Origin: Vicugna vicugna
Lineage: Eukaryota
Reading direction: 5' to 3'
Assembly (NCBI GenBank): GCA_013265495.1
Contig: MU061579.1
Coordinates: 7,168,124 to 7,232,123, forward strand
DNA: 64,000 nucleotides
Numbering within the stretch: the first letter of the stretch is position 1; each line of letters opens with the position of its first letter. Under the pieces are notes generated by a model. It was not told where the DNA came from and did no database searches. It was given only the letters and a program-made list of their open reading frames with translations. A program made the position numbers and the translations under genes. Shown here piece by piece: positions 24,441 to 37,779 of the stretch.

Positions 24441-25659
24441 CCTGTGGGGTATAATTGGTCTATAAATTTTGCACCTGCCGGAACTGCCAAGCAAAATCCA
24501 TGTCTTTCCCCAAAGCATTGGCACCACTTTGAACATAGCTGAAATAGGAACACAGCTTTTTATCCTGTTGTTTAAAAAGAGAAGCCAAAAAAGAATGCCA
24601 GCTGCTTCTTGTGTTAAATTTTCTGCATTAGTCCACCAGCAAGAGAGAATACTGTCAAGAAATCTTTAAACTACCCCAAAACAGATAGGTGTATCCTCAT
24701 GGACTTTGTTGCCATGCTTACATGTACCTTTTGTTGCTAATGAAGATTGTGAGATCTTTTTCCAGCTATCTCTGGAAAGCAGTAGGATTCTGGGCCTCCT
24801 CCAAAGACAGTGAGTTAATGCATTTTATGTGTTAGCATATCAGCCTAAGAAAAGATTAAGGACTGAAAATTTGGGAATCTAAGCCAGTCTCATGTTTACT
24901 TAGTGAAGAGAATTAAAAGTAGGTCAAGAACTTATCAGTTTCTGGTTTTGTTTTACCTCTATCCCGTACTTCTTTCTAGAAATATTCTAGAAATCTGTAG
25001 ATTGTCACACATATTTTTATATGCTCAGTTCCTTAAATCTACTTTAATTGGTTTTGGACTGTTTCCACAAACTGGGTTTCCGCATTGCCCTCCACACTAT
25101 GGAAGGTGGGGCTGTTCTGTTGATTTTAGCTTTTCTTTAACCAAACTTTTTTTTTTCTTTGAGCAAACTTTAATATGCAAAATTCTGAAAACCGCCATCC
25201 TTCCCACCTTGCTCTTAGGGACGTCTAGTGTTTGTTAATGAAAAAAATGAAGGAAAGAAAAAACAGCCTCTCGGGATCCTTCCAATATTTCCTGGAAAAT
25301 TGCTTACTTTGGATTAAGAATGCTTCAGTGGGAGAAATAAAAATACTAACTGTGCGAGATGTATTTGACTCAGGTTTGAACAGGCATCTTAATGGAGACA
25401 GACCTTGTCTACAGAGTTGTTGGTTCCCTTAGCAAAGTCGGTGGATTGCCAAGGAATGGGGGGAAAATACTTAGAGTACACATTTTCCTGGTGGTTATTA
25501 GGCAGCTTTTTTTTCCTAGTTTTGCTATTAAGAATGTCAGGTTCTTTATTTTCTTGGGATGTCCATTCTTCCTAACTTACCAGAAACAATGCTGAGAAGA
25601 AATCCTGACCAAGTTTTTGGTCTCTCAGGATTTTGTTGTTGGTTGGAAGGGAATCAGTG

Positions 25660-25660
<1 letters not shown>

Positions 25661-25691
<31 letters not shown>
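25661..25691. repeat. (TG)n microsatellite
   Basis: Directly visible. Confidence 0.95.
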
Positions 25692-25692
<1 letters not shown>

Positions 25693-26299
25693 AGTGGCAT
25701 TTAAGGAAGCAAGATGAAATAGGTAGTCCATACAGAGTAGCCATCGTTTTTTTTTTAACTTTTGAAAATCATTGCTCCAAGAAACATGCAATTTAAATCC
25801 AAGGTCATTGACTGCAGTCTGAGCTGACCAGATGGCTAATGCTTTTTCTAGTGGATGAGTGCACACTCATGATGATATAACATCATGAAACCCAGGAATT
25901 TAGGTCACAAGAACCCATGTGGACATCCAGGAATGTCCCGGGACTCCACTCTAGTGTGGCCACAGTTGAGGTGTCTCCTGAACCTTGAAGCCATTCCTTG
26001 AACTCTGCTTCCTTAAATCCGAACCCACTGCCCTGGATCTAGTAGTATCAGGGTCAGTTGGTTAACAGATATTTACTGAGCACCCACTGCATACCTGGCC
26101 CTGGGCTGAACACTGGGCAGTTTCTTTATGTTTACATTCTAGCACAGAACAGCCTAGAAGTGGGTGAAAAGTCTTTCCTTTACTCATCTAAAATCAGTCA
26201 AATGCCTATTATATGTCAAGCGCTCTTCTACACACTGAGGATGCAATTGTGAAAAAATTCAGACTCTTCTGTGAGAGATACAGCCTGTACTGTGAGATT

Positions 26300-26454
26300 C
26301 AGAACCGGCACCCCTCATCTAGCCCGGGCCAGAGAGTAAATATTTCAGGCTTTGTGGGTCATGCGACGTCTGTTGCAACTCAGTGCTGCTCTGACCCGAA
26401 AGCAGTCGTAGACAACTCGTAACGACTGGGGAGAGCTGTCTGCCAGTCAGGCTT

Positions 26455-26506
<52 letters not shown>

Positions 26507-26532
26507 CTCACGTAGCCTGACCGCCACTCTAG
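26300..26532 (+). mobile_element. MER58A-like hAT-Charlie element containing a (CA)n microsatellite (~26459-26504)
   Basis: 'gggccagagagtaaatatttcaggctttgtgggtca...gtctgttgcaact'; CA run directly visible. Confidence 0.8.
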
Positions 26533-27689
26533 ACCCTCCACCAGGACAGCAGCATGGTTTAGCAAAAGTAATACTGGCGGTCCCTTAGCTTCTCCAGGTT
26601 TCAGTTCCCAGTCGGCAGTACATGTGAGCTAGAGTTATATTTTCTCAGGGCCTTCCCACCCCAAACTGCTGCAATTCCAAGTTTAACCTGTTTTCACAGC
26701 AGTTTCATAGCCATTTATTTGTCCTCGCTGTCTGTACTAAAATGAATAATTTAACCAGGATGTTCACAGATCTCACTGTAGAATGGGAGAGACTGAGCTA
26801 GGGCCAACTTAACTGACACGTTCTAGTCCCTGTTTTAATACCTGTAGCCTCAGTCCGTCGTGGTGTGGCTGGCCAAGGGGCAGAGAGTGATGGGCTTTTG
26901 GCAGCCCACACGAGGAAGGACAGGCCCAGGAGCTGGTGGACCAGTAGCATCATAATGACAGCTACTCTGACCGATTGCTTACCTGTGCCAATACCAAGTA
27001 TGTGATCCATAGAATAACAGCTCTTACAGTTCTGAAGGTGCAGATACTTAAGGAATTAGAAATAGTGCAGTCTACAAGAGCGATGTGAGAGTTGACCCCC
27101 GCCCCTGAAAATCTCCCTTGAAGAAGCTGCACAGAAATCTGTTCCTAATATTTCTTTTTACATTGGACTGATGGTGAATATACAGCCTGTTTTTTCTAGA
27201 ACGACCCTAACGTCAGATCAAGGTCACTCAGAGGTTGAAAGAGGCCTGGATAACGTTTTTGCTATTGTTTTCAAGGCTCTCAGTATATTAAAAAAAAAGT
27301 CAATGACAAAATGGGATTATAAAAATTGAAGAATATTTTAAATGCTTACACACACAGATTTGCAATATTGCCCACATGCATAAAGGTGATAAAATCTTCC
27401 TATTCTCAAGATAAAGTCTTAGTTCATAGGGAACTGCAGGAGATTTATTATGAAAACGTGGAAACATGGGTTCAAAGCTGTGTAATGAACATTGTCTATT
27501 TTCAGCCCTGTGTGTGTAGCTCTGGGCGTATATTTGGAGATACTTGTCCAGAGTCTGCATTGAGGCCCTTCAGGAATGGGGAGCCCAGGTTAGCTGACTG
27601 CCTGTAACCCGTATCCCCATGTTTCCTGCTGTGCCCACAGTGATAGGCTGGAGGACATAAATCCTATCATTTTGAAGACTCCGTGGTGT

Positions 27690-27890
27690 GAATGAGCGAG
27701 CTTGACCTCTGAATCCTGGCTCCACTGTTTACTAATGGTGTAACCTTATGTGAGTCAGTGATGCTTGCTAAACCAATCTCCATATTCATAAGATGGAGCC
27801 AATAATGCTTATTTCACAGGGTTGCTGGAAGAAAATGAAACAATGAGTGTAAAGTACCAAACACGTAATGGATGCTGAAGTGTCAGACAC
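27690..27890 (+). mobile_element. MIR
   Basis: 'gaatcctggctccactgtttacta..ggtgtaacctt', 'tcacagggttgctg.aaga..atga'. Confidence 0.65.
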
Positions 27891-30333
27891 CATCACTCCC
27901 ACCACCACCACACACGTGTGCACACACACACACACACTCTCTCACACTCACACATATACACACTCACGCATCTGATCCAGAGCCCAAGTTTGGTTTTGAA
28001 CATCTGGTGTATGTGGCTACACTGCCTGCGTAGGCCCAGTCGAGGGTCCTGTGGCCATACCCTCCCGGAGCACCCAATAGCCCCGCAGCTGCGGTGACTT
28101 GGCCGCTGGGCTCTGCCTCCCGTTTCGTTCCCCCTCACCTGCCCTTGGTAAATGAACGTGTGATAGACAGCATGCAGATCTGACACAAATCTCTTATGCC
28201 CATATGCGAGGAAACACTGAGGCAGAATAGGACTTTATAAATAGAAAAGGTAACAGCCAGTGGACGCTGGCGCACCTCCAGATTTCCAGGAGGACTGCCA
28301 GCCATTTCTCCTGGGGCCCCCGCTGGTAAGAGGGACGCACCTTGTGGTCTCCACCTGGGAAGATCTTGTGCTGCAAAGAGAGAGAAAAGAGATGAACTTA
28401 ACAGAAGTTAAGAATTTGGATCTGATTCCCTGGCGTCTATTGGTATCTCTTGGGAAAAGAGGGTCTCTGCCTGGGCAGGTGATTGCTGGGCAGGTTTTCC
28501 TTGCTCTTGTGCCTGGATGAACTCTGAATCTGAAGAGCAGTGATGCCTTGTGGATCCAGCATTTCCTGGCTTGTGTTGGAGAAACAGCTTCCTGGCTGCC
28601 TCCAACTGTTGGGCCCATAAATCATCTTTACTTCATTATCAGAGGAAAATTAAGAAATGGAAAAGCAAGGAAAATCAAAATCACGTCACACGTTACAAGT
28701 ATGTAAAATTTATAGTTCGAACCATAGACTTTGAAGTTGGAAACTGCAAGGAGGATGACTTTACTAAAATTGGAAAGTGCCAAAAGTGTTAAGCAACAGA
28801 GAGAAATGGTTAATTAACTGGCATAATTAATTGGAATAATTTGTAGCCATTTAAAACAATCATTACAGGCATTATGGATTGTCATGGAAAAGGCTAGAAA
28901 CATAATGTCAAGGGGGAAAAAAGCAGGACATGAAGCTATCTATATGTTGTGTGAAATTGGTGTGCAGGTGGACATAAGCTAAAACAAATCCTGGGGAAAA
29001 ACTGAACACCTAACACAAGGTTAGGTTGCTACGTTTCCAGCTGACTTTTTTCCACCCTTTTCCCCAAATTTATGTGCTTATATGTATATGTGCATGTGTG
29101 TGTGTAATTATATCTATTTTTATATATGTGTATTATATATAAATACGTACCCATACAAACATTTTTAATGAAATGAAGTTCTTTAAGCATTTGGAAAAGA
29201 TTGGAGATATTTGTGAGCAGAGCAGATGCAAAAGGAAAAAAAAAAACTTTTTAATACTTTAAAAAAGTACCGAGACTTTGTACCAACCAAGGACTAAACT
29301 TTGAAATCCATCAACAGATGAGTGAATTTCACACTTTGTACTACAGATGACTGTGCTTTACTGAAGTAACTGGGATCTTTTTTTCTGTGGAGATCCTAGA
29401 TATAAATCATGGTTTTGTTTTGCTTGGTTTCAGCAGCATTCCTCTTTGATCATTACTTCACACAAGGTCAAGATATTTCCTTGTGTGAAGCAGTGGTTCA
29501 CTTCTCATAACCTCCGACGACAAAGGGCCCCTGTGTGAGGATGCAAGAATTCCTCTTGAAACAGGGGGAAGGCCCCCAGCTGAATTGCATCCAAGGAAGA
29601 TGTTGCAAAGCTTGCAAAACTTGTTGGGAGAAAGGAGCCCAGCTGGAGATCTTTTCTTTCTATTCAGATACTGGCCCTGCTTGGGGGGTGGGGGTGAGGG
29701 AAAGCCACAAAAGAAAACCCCGAAAACAGGCCTGAATGCATTTACAAATTACAAGGAAAAGTTAATTCTTGCAACAAGTGTTGGTGCCAACTCAGGCTAA
29801 TCATATTTAGAATTTAACTCCACCTAGAAAAGAAACTGTTTTTCTTCTCATGGAAGTTAAAGGCAGCAGAGATGGACTGTCCCCTGTATGGAGTAAATTC
29901 CAAGTTAAAACCTGTCTGTGGGCAAGTCACCAGCTGGCTCAGTTCACCTCGGCCACCTCCAGTGACTCGCAGCTCACTGGGAGTCCCACGTGTTGCCACC
30001 AGTTACTATTATGAAGCGGAAATCTCATCAAGTGGGGCCTTTCGCATGGCATTTGCAGTCCCCCTCCACCTCCACTCCTGTGGGTTTAGGCGTCTCCAGG
30101 CTTCCTTTCCCACCACTCACAAACCTCTTCTCCTCCAGCCCTTCACCTCCGCCTCGGCCTTGGGAGGATTTATAGAATGACACACAGTACCTGCACATGG
30201 GCTGTACTGGGCTTCCGGTAAATGTCAATGCCCTTTTCCCTTCTTCTCTTTGCCCTTCTCTGAACACCGGTTCCTCTTCCTGTTATAGGTACTTAATTTC
30301 CTAATCAATGATAGATCCTTTCACAAAAGCCAG

Positions 30334-30522
30334 AAAACAGGGGACCTACTGCATAGCACAGGGAACTGTATTCAATTTCTTGTAATAACCCAGAATGGAA
30401 AAGAATCTGAAAATATGTTTGCGTGTATATATAACTGAATTGCTTTGCTGTACCCCTGAAACTAACATTGTAAATCAACTACACTTCAGTAAAAAAGTAA
30501 AATTAAGCTAAACATAAAAAAA
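30334..30522 (+). mobile_element. L1 3' end with A-rich tail
   Basis: 'cctactgcatagcacagggaactgtattcaa...tgctgtacccctgaaactaacattgtaaatcaactacacttca'; flanks aaaagccag / aaaaccag. Confidence 0.85.
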
Positions 30523-30689
30523 GAAAACCAGGTAGTGATGAGAAGAAAGGGGAGGCGAGGAGAGCCTCTTCTCCATTGAGGGCCCCTCTTCCCCTGCCGG
30601 CTGAGTGGATGTTGGAGATTAAGAACAATGAGGAGAGTGGCATTTTTGTGCTTCTGCCACCTGCTTGTCCTGATTCATGCATTATCTAT

Positions 30690-30815
30690 ACACGTCACAT
30701 CTGAAAAAACAAAGCCCAGAGAGGTTGAGAGATTTTCTTGAGGCCACACAGCAAATAAGTAGTGGAGCTAAAATTCAAACTCTGAGTTCTCCAGAACTCT
30801 CTCCTCTTTCCACTA
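30690..30815 (-). mobile_element. MIR fragment
   Basis: 'gcccagagaggttgag..attttcttgaggccacacagcaaataagtagtggagc'. Confidence 0.6.
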
Positions 30816-31105
30816 CACGAAAGTGCTTTCCCAAAGACTAATGGCCACCCAACATTTGCCCTCAGCACCTGTAGGTGGTCAGACAGTAAGCACATGTAAG
30901 AAATAGCTCTTTCCAGCTCCAGTGGTAGCTCTAATTAAAGACTAAACTTGAAGTAAAACTTCCACTCCATATACAGATAACTTAGCTGATTAAATACCAA
31001 ACTTAACAAGGCTCTTCTTACTAATAGACCCATGAAATGGGATCCCTTCAGGGTTTAATGTACTTGAAAATGCAAAAAAAAAAAAATCATTTAAGAACCT
31101 CCAGA

Positions 31106-31320
31106 CCAGCATCATCCAACAGAACTTTCTGTGCCGAAAAAAAGGTTCTGTGTCTACACAGTCCAATATGGTAGCCACTAGACACATGTGGCTTTCGAGC
31201 ACTTGAAATGTGGCAGGCTGGTGTAACCAAAGAACTGAACTTTTAATGTATTTAATTTTTAGTAATTTAAATTTAGATAGCCACATATGGCTAGTAGTTA
31301 CCATATTGAACTGCATGGCT
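31106..31320 (+). mobile_element. MER3 hAT-Charlie MITE
   Basis: 'tccaacagaactttctg', 'gtccaatatggtagccactag.cacatgtggct..tcgagcacttgaaatgtggc', 'atagccacatatggctagt'. Confidence 0.85.
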
Positions 31321-31669
31321 CTAAGATCTTCTGACAGGTTGATTGCTGGTCCCCACATTTGCATAATGCTTTGCCTGTAAGCGCTGTTAAATCCCTGGAT
31401 CATAATTATTTGTGTATGTCTTGCCCACCTCGCCAGGCTGTAACATTCTGTCCCATTCATCCTGCTAGGTCATCTGCCAGCGCCCCTAGTCCTAGGTGTT
31501 AAATAGTTAATGTAGGTCAAATAAATGGACGGGAGTTGGCTTTTTTCAGAAGCGTCATTGTTACTGTTTGCTATCACCTGGTTTACCCTTTCTCATGACT
31601 TTGCTCTTATGACAAAATTGGTTTCCAAATCTTCAGATGAAGCCCTGACTGCTCACTTGTGAGCACTTT

Positions 31670-33140
31670 TTCTTTCCTCAAAGGAAATCATTTCTTTAGC
31701 GATTATTTTGGTGATTTGCCTCAATTTCTCTGAATGAATGCTTCTATTGCCATCTCTTGATTTTTCTTTTTTTCAGCTTTAGGCATCATCTTCCACATGG
31801 AAGAAGATGATTCAGCTCCCACCGCCTGCCCCACCACACACAAGGAATGTTCCCACTCCCCACAGAACCCCTCCCCACTCCAGCTTTAGTCAGATGAGTA
31901 ACTGTTTATTCTATGTCAGTGCTGCTCACAGCTAAGCCAGGTAGAGAATATTTCCTTTCTTGCACAGGTTTTTCTCTGGAGGTAACAAATGGCTCTTTTT
32001 TTTTTTTTTTTCATTTGTTCAGGATTCTGCATCCTTACCACTGATTTGACCCCAAATTCTTTATCATATATACGTTCCTCTTGGGGACATTTCAGTGATT
32101 CTATCAATTTCATCTCTTAAAAGAACACCACCCAGAGCCTTTTTCCCTTCTCCAGCCCGAAGGAGCTGTCCTCCTGGCTGCGCACATTGCTGGCATCCTG
32201 GGACGTCCCATCACCATTGTCCTGGGGGTTACTTTTGCCTCCCTCCTGTGTTTAATGCCCCACTTCCTGTTTCCCTTGCCTTCCCCTCTTGGTTTACTAC
32301 CTCATTTGTTTGTTACATCTTCTAACAGACTCCTTCCCAGGAAGGGAAGGTGTGTGAAGAGTCAAATTTTTGAGAACTTTCATATCTGAAAATGTCTTTG
32401 TCCTACCCTCTCACTTAATTGGTCTTTTGGCCAAGTTTAGAATAGTGTGTGTTGAGTTTAAGAAGTCTCACACCATTCTGACCCCCGGCTCTTTGTATGT
32501 GATCTGGTTTTTTCTTTCTAAAAGCCTGTGGGATCTTGGCTTTTACCTAGCTCTGAAATATCACAGTGATGTCTTGGCGTTGGGTCTATTTTTATTTATT
32601 GTGTTAGTCCCTTGGTGAGTACTTTTACCTAGAAGCTCATTCCTCCAGTTCTGTGAAATTTTCTCAGATTATTTGGTTGATGAATGCCTCGCCTCCTCCT
32701 ATTTGTTTTCTTTTTGGAGCTCCTACTGGATGTTGGATCTCCTGGACTTGTCCTCTAGTTCTGAGTTTTTTGTTTTTGGTTTTTCTTTATCTTTTCTATG
32801 TCTTTATCTCTTTTGCTACTTTATGTGAGACTTCCTCATGTTTTTCTTCTAGACTCTGTATTGAAATATTCGTTTTTGCTGTCTTGTTTTAATTTCCAAA
32901 AACGTTTTGTTGTTGTTCTCTGATTATTTGTTAACTTCTTAAAGAATGTTTTGTGCTTTTTGGCTGCAAATGACATACTGAAGATTATTACTGTCAGTTG
33001 TTTTGTTTGTGTTTTCTTCTCCCTGCTCTTTGTTTCAAGCACTCTTGTGTTCGTTGGTTGATTGGTTTCAATCTCTACGTTTCATGTTAGGGCCTCTCCT
33101 CAGATGTCTGGAGAGCAAGAGGGTGGCTGCCAGCACTCCC
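31670..33140 (-). mobile_element. Ancient L1ME/HAL1-type 5'/ORF1 region
   Basis: 'tctgaaaatgtctttgtcctaccctctcacttaattgg', 'tgaaatatcacagtgatgtcttgg'; similar to 16480-18460. Confidence 0.55.
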
Positions 33141-33149
33141 AGAGCCAAC

Positions 33150-33322
33150 ACTGCGTCGAGTATAAGATGTCATCAATTGTAACATCTAGTTGTCTTATAC
33201 ACCATAAAAATAGAAAACAATGCAGCTAATTTAATCATGATGTGCCAGTGATTATGTGTTCCAATTTCAGAGATATTAAAAGGTAAATGAATACATGTGC
33301 ATCTTAGATTTGATTAAATACG
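33150..33322 (-). mobile_element. MER104/Kanga-like TcMar-Tc2 MITE
   Basis: 'atttcagagatattaaaa' and 'gtgcatcttagatttgattaaatacg' match the recalled terminal sequence. Confidence 0.5.
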
Positions 33323-33531
33323 TACATTGTTTTATAATTTTGTGCATTGGTATAAAGCATCTGGCTTTTCAGTAATATTTTTAACATGAATTTTTAAAAG
33401 ACATGCAATGTGCCATCTGTAAACAAGTCACTGTCAGGGGACACAACATGTAGATAAACAATGATGAAGCCATGGCCCCTCTCTACTAAAAGTTTACAGT
33501 CTAATGGAGGGAACGTTATATAAATGAATTG

Positions 33532-35864
33532 TAGGCATACCTCGGAAATATTGTAGGTTCAGTTCCGACCACCACAATAAAGCAAGTATCTCAGTAAAGC
33601 TAGTTACACGAACTTTTGATTTCCCGATGCATATAAAAGTTATGTTTACACTATACTGTAGTCTGTAAGTGTGCAGTAGTGTTGTCTTTAAAAATCTGCA
33701 TACTTTAACTTAAAAATATTTTATTGCTAAAAAATGCTAACTGGGCCTTCAGCAAATCATAATCTTTTTACTGTTGGAAGGTCTTGCCTCAGTGTTGATG
33801 GCTGCTGACTGATCAGGGTGGTGATTGCTAAAGGCTGTGGCAATTTCTTCAAGTAAGACAATGGCGTTTGCCACATTGATTGACTCTTCCTTTCACAAAT
33901 GATTCTCTGTAGCATGCAGCACTGTTTGATGGTATTTTGCCCACAGTAGAACGTCTTTCAAAATTGGAGTCAGTCCTCTCAAAGCCTGCTGCTGCTTTAT
34001 AAACTAAGTTTAAGTAATAATTGAAATCCTTTGCTGTCATTTTGACAGTCTTCACAGCATCTCCATGAGTAGATTCCATCTTAAGGAATCACTTTCTGTG
34101 GTTATCATTAGAAGCTGCTCCCCATCCATTAAAGTTCTATCATGAAATTGCAGCAGTTCAGTCACATCTTCAGGCTCCACTTCTAATTCTAGTTCTCCTG
34201 CTGTTTCCACCACATCTGCAGTTACTTCCTCTACTGAAGTTGAAGTCTTGAGACTCTCAAAGTCATCTATCATGGTTGGAATCTGTGTATGTTGATATTT
34301 TGCCATCTTCTCGTGAATCACAAATGTTCTTAATGGCATCTAGAATGGTGAATCCTTTCCAGAATGTTTTCAGTTGACGGTGCCCAGATCCTTCAGAGCA
34401 GTCACCATCTATGGTAGCTATAGCCTTATGAAACATATTTCTTAATAAGTCTAGAAAATTGAAACTACTTTTTGATCCACGAGCTACAGAATGGATGTTG
34501 TATAAGCAGACAAGAAAACAGCGTAAGAATCTCATTGCACATCTCCATCAGAGCTCTTGGGGGACGAGGTACACTGTCAATGAGCAGTAATGTTTTGAAA
34601 GAAATCTTTTTGTTTGTTTGTTTCTGAGCAGTAGGTCTCAACAGTGGGTTTAAGATATTCAGCAAACCATCATGTAAACAGATGTGCTGTCATCCAGGCT
34701 TTGTTTTTCCACTGATAGAGCACAGGCAGGGTAGACATGGCATCATTTTTTAGGGCCCTAGGATTTTCAGAATGGTAAGCGAGCACTGGCTCCAACTTAA
34801 AGCCATCAGCTACATTAGCCCCTGACAAGAGAGTCAGTCTATCCTTTGAAACTTTGAAGCCAGGCATTGACTTCTCCTCTCAAGCTATGAAAGTCACAGA
34901 TGGCATCTTCTTCCAATGTAAAGCAGTTTCATGTACACTGAAAATCTGTTGTGCAGCCTCCTTCATTTATTATCTCAGCTAGATCTTCTGCATAAGTTGC
35001 TGCAGCTTCTACATGAGCACTTGCTGCTCCACCTTGCACTTCGATGTTATGGGGACGGCTTCTTTCCTTGTAAACAGACTTCCGCTGCCTTCGCACTTTT
35101 CTCCGGCAGCTTCCTCCCCTCTCTCAGCCTCCACAGAATTGAAGAGAGCTGGGGCCTTGCTCTTAAGGGAATGGGGGCTTTCACTTAAGGGAATGTTGTG
35201 GCTCTTTCTTTCTTCTATCTAGATCGCTAGGACTTTCTCCATATCAGCAACAAGACTGTTTTGCTTTCTTACCATTCGTGTGTTCACTGGAGTAGCATGT
35301 GTAATTTCCTTCAAGAACTTTCAGCCAAAAAAAAAAAAAAACCTTTCAGCCAGTCTTGGCCTTGAACATGCCTTTCTCACTGAGCTTAATAGTTTCTAGC
35401 TTTTGATGTAAAGTGAAAGACATGCGACTCTCCCTTTCACTTGAACACTCAGGGACCACTGTAGGGTTACTAACTGGCCTGATTTCAATATTGTTGTCTC
35501 AGGGAATAGGGAGGCTGGAGCAAAGGGATAGAGGTGGGGAAATGGCCGGAACACACACGGTTTATCAGTTTAGTTCGCAGTCCCACATGGCTGCAGTCTG
35601 GAACCGCAAAACAACCATAGTAGTAAGATCAAAGATAACTGGTCACAGGTCACCACAACAAATATAATAAAAAAGTTTGAAATGTTGCAAGAATTACCAA
35701 AACATGACAGAGAGACACAAAGTGAGCAAATGCTTTTGGAAAAATGGTGCCAATAGGCTCGCTTGATGCAGGGTTGCCACAAACTTTCAATTTGTAAAAA
35801 CAAAACAAAACAAACAAAAAACCACACGGTTATCTGCAAAGCACAACAAAACAATATATTCCTG
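33532..35864 (-). mobile_element. Near full-length Tigger1 (pogo-like) DNA transposon with a disrupted transposase
   Basis: Ends (t)aggcatacctcgg... and ...cctg|ta; - strand ORF pieces read as Tigger1 transposase ([17 protein letters not shown]...[10 protein letters not shown]...[45 protein letters not shown]) but in different frames. Confidence 0.95.
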
Positions 35865-35992
35865 TACTAGAATCCAAGGCAGAAAGTGACCGGAGCCATC
35901 CAACAGGTTAAAGATTCTATAGAAATTAAAAGAATGGAGTAAATTACCTTTCATTATTTTTTGTTTATTTAGTCCTTTTTTTTTAAGCAACT

Positions 35993-36129
35993 CTTTGTTT
36001 ATTTGTTTGCTGTTGTTGTTGTTTTGCAGGGAGGTAATTAGGTTTATTTTTTAATGGAGGCCCTGGAAATTGAACCCAGGACCTCGTGCATGCTAAGCAG
36101 GTACTCTGCCACTGAGCTATACCCTCCCC
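35993..36129 (-). mobile_element. Camelid-type tRNA-derived SINE
   Basis: Reverse complement of the same family as 12756: ...ttgaacccaggacctcgtgcatgctaagca....ctctgccactgagctataccctcccc. Confidence 0.9.
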
Positions 36130-36149
36130 GAGGAATTGTTGTTTCTTTT

Positions 36150-36465
36150 TTTAAGTATTCATGGAGGAAGTGACGTGTGAAATAAATTTTGAAGGATCAG
36201 TAGAATTTTGTAAAATAACAGTGGGCACGGAGGCATACCAGCTGGGGAAAATAATACGTGGAAAGGCATAGAACAAGAAAAAGTATACGTAGACATGTTT
36301 CCGCATGTTTAGAAAACAGTGAAAAACCCAGATTGGCTGGAAATAGGAGTGGCTAGAGGAGTTTCAGGGATAACCTGGGGAGGCCATTGGTACCGTATTG
36401 CAGAAGTCCTTGAATGCTTAGCTGGGGACGTTAAAGACCGGTCAGCAGTGCAGAGCCACTTAAGG
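36150..36465 (-). mobile_element. L2 fragment (continuation of the L2 at ~33400-33530 split by Tigger1)
   Basis: 'ggaggaagtgac', 'ttttgaaggatcagtagaatt', 'gagccacttaagg'. Confidence 0.55.
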
Positions 36466-36466
36466 C

Positions 36467-36603
36467 TTTTTTTTTTTTTTTAACGTCTTTATTGTGGTAT
36501 TGTTCCTGTACCATAAACTACACATATTTCAGATGAACAATTTGATGAATTTTGAAGGATGTATACATCAATGAGATCACTACCACAATCAAGATAGCTA
36601 ACT
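36467..36603 (-). mobile_element. Old L1 3' end
   Basis: Poly-T then 'ctttattgtggtat...caccacaatcaagatag'-type text. Confidence 0.6.
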
Positions 36604-37469
36604 TGGGACTGGGCTAAGAGCATTTCTCCAAAAGTTGTTTCTGTATATAGTGAATTATGCTAGTAATCACAGAGACTTTGGTAAAAATTTAAACATTTGC
36701 TTTACTTACTCAAATTCTGTACATCATGATTTTCATAATGAGCAAAACTATCTTCTAAATTAAGTACTTTATTGAACTTTATTAAGCATGTAATCACTGA
36801 AACTTTTGATTGATATGTCTCCAAGAAGCAAATTCCTTGAATTATTTTTCTGCTTAGTTGAAACTTTAGCCATCAGAGAAGAGGTGTATTGTCAGGTAAT
36901 GTTTATCAGCAGCAGTAACTAACAGCAGCTTTTGGTTATTGAACAATTCCAACACGCCAAGCACGTGATAAACAGTTTTCAGGGTGTGCCATTAAATCTT
37001 ACTACAATCTCATTTTATAGATGAAACACTGACACGTGGGTAGATTGTGAATTGATTGTTAATTGAGTGTCAGCTGCTGGGCTGCAAACTCAGGCCTGGC
37101 AAATTTCAAAGTCCTTGTGGCCAGAAACTCCATTCCCCCACATCCCTGCCTGGCGCCCCTCAGGAAACTTTCGAGATACAACTTGGCCGGGAGAAGGAGG
37201 CAACTTGCAGGCCTCCATTTTCACTTTTTATTTTTTTTGGTTGCAGGAAGAGAAGCTAAACTTCTAGAGAAATCTAATGGACAATCTCCACAGCAGGTGA
37301 GCTGTTCTCTTTTTTATGCATTGGGGGAAAAGTCTGTTCTTTGCACTTTCTGGTAAGTTTTCTATTTCTCGATCTTTTACCACAGTTCTTATTACCTGAA
37401 ACATTAAAGCCAGTAGACAGAGCAGTCCCCAAAGTTTACTTCTTTCTGACTCATGCAGGTTTGAGTAGA

Positions 37470-37779
37470 ATTCTGTTATTTCATTTTTACTTCTGTTGTT
37501 TGGGGGTCCAGTTCTAAAACGTGCGCCATTCGGCGTGACACATCTAAGTCTTCACACTGAAAGATTCACAACACGGGGCTGAAACCAGAAGGCTGAGGAT
37601 TACCTTGCTTGAGCTCAGCGAGAAATGTGCCCCTCAGACCGTTCAAATTTGTCACCACTGCACATGTCCAGAAATGACCCCCAAAGCACAGCACGTGTTA
37701 ATTTGGGAGCTACAAATAAATTTTAGCCAGTAGATAAATTCACCAATATGGAATCCGCAAATAATGAGGACTGATTGTA
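37470..37779. mobile_element. MER47/Tigger5-like MITE
   Basis: 'tacaaataaattttagccagtag.taaattcac.aatatggaatccgcaaataatgaggactgattgta'. Confidence 0.75.

Noticed and set aside
16480..33140. Segmental duplication between 16480-18460 and 31670-33140
   Set aside because: Similarity is patchy and better explained by two independent ancient L1-type copies
33849..34867. Functional or domesticated transposase gene
   Set aside because: Coding region is fragmented over several frames by stops and frameshifts
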